Origin: Candidatus Wolframiiraptor gerlachensis
GTDB lineage: Archaea; Thermoproteota; Nitrososphaeria_A; Caldarchaeales; Wolframiiraptoraceae
Length of the DNA stretch: 24,000 nt
Direction of reading: 5' to 3'
Assembly: GCA_021323375.2 (NCBI GenBank)
Contig: JAJPCT020000005.1
Coordinates: 2,725 to 26,724 of the forward strand
A program made the translations under genes and the position numbers. Below the pieces are notes generated by a model. That model had not been told where the DNA came from and made no database searches. It worked only from the letters and a program-made list of their open reading frames with translations. This document shows positions 22,580 to 24,000 of the stretch, one piece after another (position 1 is the stretch's first letter; the number at the start of each line of letters is the position of its first letter).

Positions 22580-23837
22580 ACATCCACCCCTCCATCCTCT
22601 CCCATTTCCACTCATAGTCATGTGGGACTGCGTAGCCATAGACTATACAGCCCCTCCAGACGGAGTATTTTGGATCCTCGACGATCGAGACATTGGCTCC
22701 CTCTATCTCCTTCTCGAGTAGCTGTTGTCTCAGCTTCTCATCAGGCCTGACAGCTATCCCTTCAAGGCCCTCTGGCACACTCCAGCTAAAGTTCCCGCCG
22801 GAAAGAAGTATCTTAGAGTATAGGTGGGGCTGAAGCTCTATCGAGCATCTCTCGACCGACATTATCACCGCCTCAGCCATGTCCATCATGCCGTAGAAGT
22901 ACGTGTCCCCGATCTTGATGTCGCTTGGCTTAGGCATGCCCCTCGCGAAATAGCTCTGGAAGATCTCATGGCCTGGGTTGAAGATGAACTCTCCTATCAG
23001 GAACCTAGTCCACGCCATGTCATCCAACAAGATCTTGATCCTCGTCCCTGGGATCTTGAGCGAGACCCTAACCTTTTCCGGATTACTCTTTGCATACCTG
23101 ATGGCCTCGTCCAAGTTTCTCGGAATGAGCCCGATCTTCTCCTTGACCAGCCTAACAAAACTCTCCTCCTTCGCGAGATCGCCATAGCCCGCGTCCTTCA
23201 ATATCTCCATTGTGAGCGTATTAGCGGCCCCTCCACCCCGATTAAGTGCTATAACCGCGTTTCTTACAGGATACATCGAGATCGGGCATATCTGCGTGTT
23301 CCCATGACCCGACTCGACTACCGTGCATGTTGGCGTCTTCTGGGAGATCGCGACCGCGAGGGGCTGCGGTATTATCGTCGCAGCCTTAACGAGAACCCTA
23401 TCACGATTAAGATCCCGGAAGATCTCGAAGAGCCTCTCATACATGTATCTGGGTGAGACGATTGAAATGCTCGCGACCACGTAGAACCCCTCAAACTCCT
23501 CGTCGGATGGGGCGAAGCTCTCGAGAGCGTATCTCGTGAGCTCCCTTATAACCCTCCAAGCCCGCTCATCATCCTTTGCTATGACGCCGTTTCGCATTGG
23601 GTAGACCATCCGCTCCGCTAAGTCCTCCCGCGACTCGAGAAATCTCGGAATATCCTTGCCAACAACAATCTCCCTGTCAACACCCATTATCCTCGACATG
23701 AGGGAACTCCTATCGATGAAGTATCCCCTATTCTCGATTACCTCCGGCACTTCTCCCAGGGCTATCGGCCCGAACTTGAAGTCGCTCGTCCCATAATCCA
23801 GCCCGAAGACATATTCCCGCTTATACTCCTCGCTCAT
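22569..23837 (-). CDS. crenactin (archaeal actin homologue)
   Basis: 422 aa with actin-fold phosphate-1 FGLDYGTSDFKFGP, phosphate-2 VVESGHGNTQICP and adenosine motif ILLSGGNFSW. From memory, it resembles Pyrobaculum crenactin along its length (RAWRVIRELTRYAL, IIPQPLAVAI, ALNRGGGAAN, AWTRFLIGE, YSVWRG.IVYGYA). Confidence 0.9.
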   Translation of the reverse strand: MSEEYKREYVFGLDYGTSDFKFGPIALGEVPEVIENRGYFIDRSSLMSRIMGVDREIVVGKDIPRFLESREDLAERMVYPMRNGVIAKDDERAWRVIRELTRYALESFAPSDEEFEGFYVVASISIVSPRYMYERLFEIFRDLNRDRVLVKAATIIPQPLAVAISQKTPTCTVVESGHGNTQICPISMYPVRNAVIALNRGGGAANTLTMEILKDAGYGDLAKEESFVRLVKEKIGLIPRNLDEAIRYAKSNPEKVRVSLKIPGTRIKILLDDMAWTRFLIGEFIFNPGHEIFQSYFARGMPKPSDIKIGDTYFYGMMDMAEAVIMSVERCSIELQPHLYSKILLSGGNFSWSVPEGLEGIAVRPDEKLRQQLLEKEIEGANVSIVEDPKYSVWRGCIVYGYAVPHDYEWKWERMEGWMYVA

Positions 23838-24000
23838 CTAATCCACCCCAACAGCTTATCAAAAATCCCCCTTCCACTCTCCATACCAAGAATCCTTTCA
23901 TGAATCTTCAGGGCGGCCCCGGAGTTAACCTCCCTCCAGCCAGCCCTATAGGATATTGTTAAGGCGCCATGCCTCGGGTAAGCATCAACCCTAAGCTCCA
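23834..24000 (-). CDS. hypothetical protein; only the C-terminal end lies inside the window, and its stop overlaps the crenactin ATG (ATGA)
   Basis: My own translation gives ...ELRVDAYPRHGALTISYRAGWREVNSGAALKIHERILGMESGRGIFDKLLGWIR*. It is absent from the track because the start lies beyond the right edge. Confidence 0.45.
   Translation of the reverse strand, partial: ELRVDAYPRHGALTISYRAGWREVNSGAALKIHERILGMESGRGIFDKLLGWIR

Noticed and set aside
1-24000. CRISPR arrays, rRNA genes, or defence systems such as restriction-modification or toxin-antitoxin pairs
   Set aside because: I saw no regularly spaced direct repeats, no rRNA signatures and no recognisable defence-gene motifs. The DPPYG methyltransferase at the left edge has a Trm11-type N-terminus and context, so it is a tRNA methyltransferase rather than a DNA methyltransferase.

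Overview
This is an archaeal chromosomal segment. The gene content (crenactin, Orc1/Cdc6, GINS-MCM, RFC, Hel308, a CCA-encoding tRNA with an intervening sequence) suggests a korarchaeal or Thermoproteota-like organism, but I cannot verify that here. Most of the window is tightly packed core genes, mainly on the minus strand. From left to right they are: a Trm11/Trm-G10-like tRNA methyltransferase (partial), PRPP synthetase, a Cys-based protein phosphatase, and a GINS-MCM-Hel308 operon in which MCM carries a 490-aa LAGLIDADG intein. Next come a tRNA, a KaiC-like ATPase, Orc1/Cdc6, the RFC large and small subunits, TatD, an MscS-like channel and a DUF350-like membrane protein. The right side holds two MBL-fold hydrolases, a PflX-type radical SAM protein, dCTP deaminase and a crenactin operon. 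Many neighbouring genes overlap by 4-11 nt (TTGA, ATGA, 8-nt and 11-nt overlaps), which is consistent with translational coupling. Several true starts appear to be GTG, TTG or internal ATG codons rather than the ORF-track starts. The only clearly accessory stretch lies at about 8.7-10.65 kb, between the GINS-MCM promoter and the tRNA. It contains a diverged IS110-like (DEDD plus Ser) recombinase, a co-oriented 94-aa ORF, about 580 nt of purine-rich non-coding or decayed sequence, and a compact, very GC-rich, highly self-complementary element of about 120-180 nt abutting the recombinase stop codon. I could not assign that element to tRNA, 5S, SRP or RNase P RNA. It is my top candidate for something new, either a guide (bridge/seek-like) RNA of the recombinase or an independent unknown small RNA. 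Other points worth a second look are an in-frame TAG separating a crenactin-linked coiled-coil protein from an MBL hydrolase that has no canonical start codon, and a tRNA whose 21-nt intervening sequence shows no bulge-helix-bulge motif and no U33.
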